Assembly (NCBI GenBank): GCA_030600555.1
Contig: JAUVLW010000004.1
Span: 1 to 47,955, forward strand
Origin: Candidatus Aenigmatarchaeota archaeon
GTDB lineage: Archaea; Aenigmatarchaeota; Aenigmatarchaeia; QMZS01
Direction of reading: 5' to 3'
Length of the DNA: 47,955 nucleotides
Both the position numbers and the translations under genes were made by a program. The notes under the pieces were generated by a model. It was given only the letters and a program-made list of their open reading frames with translations. It did not search any database and was not told the DNA's origin. Positions 45,941-47,955 of this stretch are shown here, piece by piece; within the stretch, counting starts at the first letter, position 1; each line of letters opens with the position of its first letter.

Positions 45941-46799
45941 AATAAATATAACAAAAATTGAAGGTGTGGAAATTCTGCCGAGTAAGAAGGCAATGGAAAA
46001 ATATGAGTGGACCCAAGAATATTTTAAAGGCGAACCAAAAGAAGGATATTTTATCTGGATTAAGGAACAAATTGATTTTCCTGTTACTACCTGCATGAGC
46101 ATTGCTTCCAAATCCGTGAGCCAGAATCTTCAGAATCTGATAATTATTGAAAAAGGTCTTAAAGTAAAATTGCAGGGAATGTGCAATTCAATTAAAAAAG
46201 ATCTTTGCGGAGGGCACACAGCTTCAGGAAAAATTATATTGAAAGAAAATGCTGTTTTGGAATATAATCACTTCCACACTTGGGGAAAGGAAGATATTGT
46301 TAACACAGATTATGAATTTATTCTTGAGAAAAATTCGAAACTTATTTACAATTATAAAATTCATTCAACCCCAAAAAAAATGAAACTAAATGCTGAGATT
46401 ATTTGTCTTGAAAACTCGAGCGCAAAAATAAAAATTATTGGGGACTGCGAAAACACTGACCTGGAAATCAATGATAATATAACTCTGAAAGGGAAAAATT
46501 CTTCTGGAATTCTTAAACTAAGACTTGTTGGGAAAGAAAACGCAAAAATTCTTTCCCGGTCGCGAATTACAACTGAAGCCGAATGCAAAGGGCATCTTGA
46601 CTGTCAGGGACTCCCAATCCACAAAACCGCTGAGATGATATTAATCCCTGAACTTGTGTGCAAGGATAATCAGTCCCAGATAACTCATGAAGCTTCAATC
46701 GGCAAAATTTCCGAAGAAGAACTGAATTATTTAAAAACCCGGGGTTTAAATGAATCCGAAGCAATTGAATTGATTGTTAATGGTTTTCTTGAGGATTAA
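45891..46799 (+). CDS. sufB: SufB/SufD family Fe-S scaffold protein
   Basis: GYFIW, GHLDCQGL, IPEL, THEASIGKI...L.YL.TRGL.E.EA..LIV.GF; exact start uncertain. Confidence 0.88.
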   Translation: MDMKNAENANYTQKDHEINITKIEGVEILPSKKAMEKYEWTQEYFKGEPKEGYFIWIKEQIDFPVTTCMSIASKSVSQNLQNLIIIEKGLKVKLQGMCNSIKKDLCGGHTASGKIILKENAVLEYNHFHTWGKEDIVNTDYEFILEKNSKLIYNYKIHSTPKKMKLNAEIICLENSSAKIKIIGDCENTDLEINDNITLKGKNSSGILKLRLVGKENAKILSRSRITTEAECKGHLDCQGLPIHKTAEMILIPELVCKDNQSQITHEASIGKISEEELNYLKTRGLNESEAIELIVNGFLED

Positions 46800-46818
46800 A
46801 AGTTCCAGTTCTTATTTA

Positions 46819-47955
46819 TTAACTATTCAATACCCCTCCACCAAACCAGATATTTCTTGCATCTTCTACTTCTGCTTTTGTAATATTGTCATTGGCTTTC
46901 CATCTTGCTATGAATGCCATTAATTCGGGCATGTCAATTAGGTTATCATTATTGGTGTCTGCTTTGTGGGTTTCACTGGCTGAGCCGAATGTAATTTCGT
47001 AGCCATCACTCACAGTCCCGTTTTCGTCTACTACAAATAAGTAAACAGTTGAACTGTTTGCAAAAGAGCCTTGGTTTATTGTTATATTAATTTCATCATC
47101 TGACCATGCTGTGGGTATTTGAATTTCACGATGAGTACAGTCGAACCATGATGAGTTGTCACCTATTTCGATTCGGGCTTGGGTATGGGCGATATATACA
47201 TTATCAAAATAAACTAAAGTTGGCTCAATTGATGATCCTGTTGTTTCTGCATATGTCCCAAGCATAACAGACTCCCACTCTTCATTTTCCCCTGCTTTAT
47301 GTGTAATAACACTATTGGCAGACCACATTAAAACATTTTCATTATTACCTATTCTACGCTCCCAATATGTCCCATCTGCGGCATCATCTCCTGTATTTCT
47401 CTGCATATAGGTTTCTATTCTTACCCATGTGCCTTGAGGGATCCAATTGGCTCCAGCCACATAAGCACTTCCAGCATCGCCAATCTCCTCAACATCGGCC
47501 ACCTCACAGGAAACTTGCATATTCTTCCATGCATCGGTCGTAGAGTCCCAGCGATTGCAATGTCTCCAACCATAGCTACCAACGTTGCCAGACGTGTCCT
47601 CTGAAATTCTCCAACCTTTATACTGAGCGTAATTATATGTCCCTACACCAAGATCTAAGTAAAACCAGAATGACACATATACATTTGTAAGTGTACCTGA
47701 AGGATTGTAGGCGAAAGAGCCAGCCCAAATATCTTCATTAAACTCATTGATAACAGATTGACCTGTGTGCTTTTCAACGTCTGTGTACTTTGGCTCGCTC
47801 ACGCTATCACCAACAATAAACCAGTCAGTCTTTGAAAAAGTATCTCCATTTATAGCATTATCTATATGGTCACCTAACCATTCATGCGTTAAGGGATTTA
47901 CCCCAAACCCACTTCCTCCCACAACAACATTTTCTCCATCAGAAACGATCTCACT
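46819..47955 (-). CDS. Surface protein, C-terminal part (truncated by window end): beta-jelly-roll/polysaccharide-lyase-like region, IPT-like segments, dockerin/EF-hand-like tail
   Basis: Frame open to the window end; GSGFG; W.RIE.Y...DG...YFDNVYI; W.D.EI.IT; HKADTNNDNLIDMPELMAFI.RWK. Confidence 0.75.
   Translation of the reverse strand, partial: SEIVSDGENVVVGGSGFGVNPLTHEWLGDHIDNAINGDTFSKTDWFIVGDSVSEPKYTDVEKHTGQSVINEFNEDIWAGSFAYNPSGTLTNVYVSFWFYLDLGVGTYNYAQYKGWRISEDTSGNVGSYGWRHCNRWDSTTDAWKNMQVSCEVADVEEIGDAGSAYVAGANWIPQGTWVRIETYMQRNTGDDAADGTYWERRIGNNENVLMWSANSVITHKAGENEEWESVMLGTYAETTGSSIEPTLVYFDNVYIAHTQARIEIGDNSSWFDCTHREIQIPTAWSDDEINITINQGSFANSSTVYLFVVDENGTVSDGYEITFGSASETHKADTNNDNLIDMPELMAFIARWKANDNITKAEVEDARNIWFGGGVLNS

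Noticed and set aside
3578-46764. Numerous short antisense or alternate-frame ORFs in the track (e.g. 3578-3967, 5623-6063, 15121-15582, 42439-42687)
   Set aside because: They are nested in well-supported genes, have no recognisable motifs and look like shadow ORFs.
1-47955. CRISPR array, provirus, integrase/transposase, rRNA
   Set aside because: No regularly spaced repeats, hallmark genes, att-like tRNA-end duplications or long GC-rich RNA tracts were seen.

Overview
Low-GC (roughly one-third by eye), gene-dense archaeal chromosomal segment, most likely from a DPANN-type archaeon. The taxonomic call is an inference from archaeal uL2/eL43/uS13/uS4, archaeal-type ThrRS, aRF1, broken ribosomal operons, apparently leaderless genes and many class III signal-peptide and surface proteins. 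Housekeeping genes are mixed with pilin-like genes and a T4P/T2SS ATPase, a MoxR-DUF58-vWA operon, RtcA plus a metallophosphoesterase, large surface proteins, a LmbE-WbqC-processive GT2-GNAT-DegT glycan operon and SufCB. The standout is invisible in the ORF track: three tRNA genes (Arg-UCU 10632-10948 +, Gly-CCC 13900-14046 -, Glu-CUC 27851-28161 -) carry 3, 2 and 3 BHB-type introns. The long introns fall into two shared, structured families that occupy reciprocally swapped positions in Arg and Glu. Family A is at Arg 37/38 and Glu 59/60 (69/70 nt identical core plus compensatory changes in a flanking hairpin). Family B is at Arg 59/60 and Glu 37/38, with a weaker relative at Glu 21/22. This suggests recent mobility of structured, ORF-less tRNA intron modules. 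Other notable items are a frameshifted ADP-ribosyltransferase-like gene, a moxR remnant flanking a GT2 gene, and two proteins with internal signal peptides (one with PGF-CTERM, one with a lipobox and a 3D-like domain). All calls come from manual reading and motif recognition; no database searches or folding programs were run.
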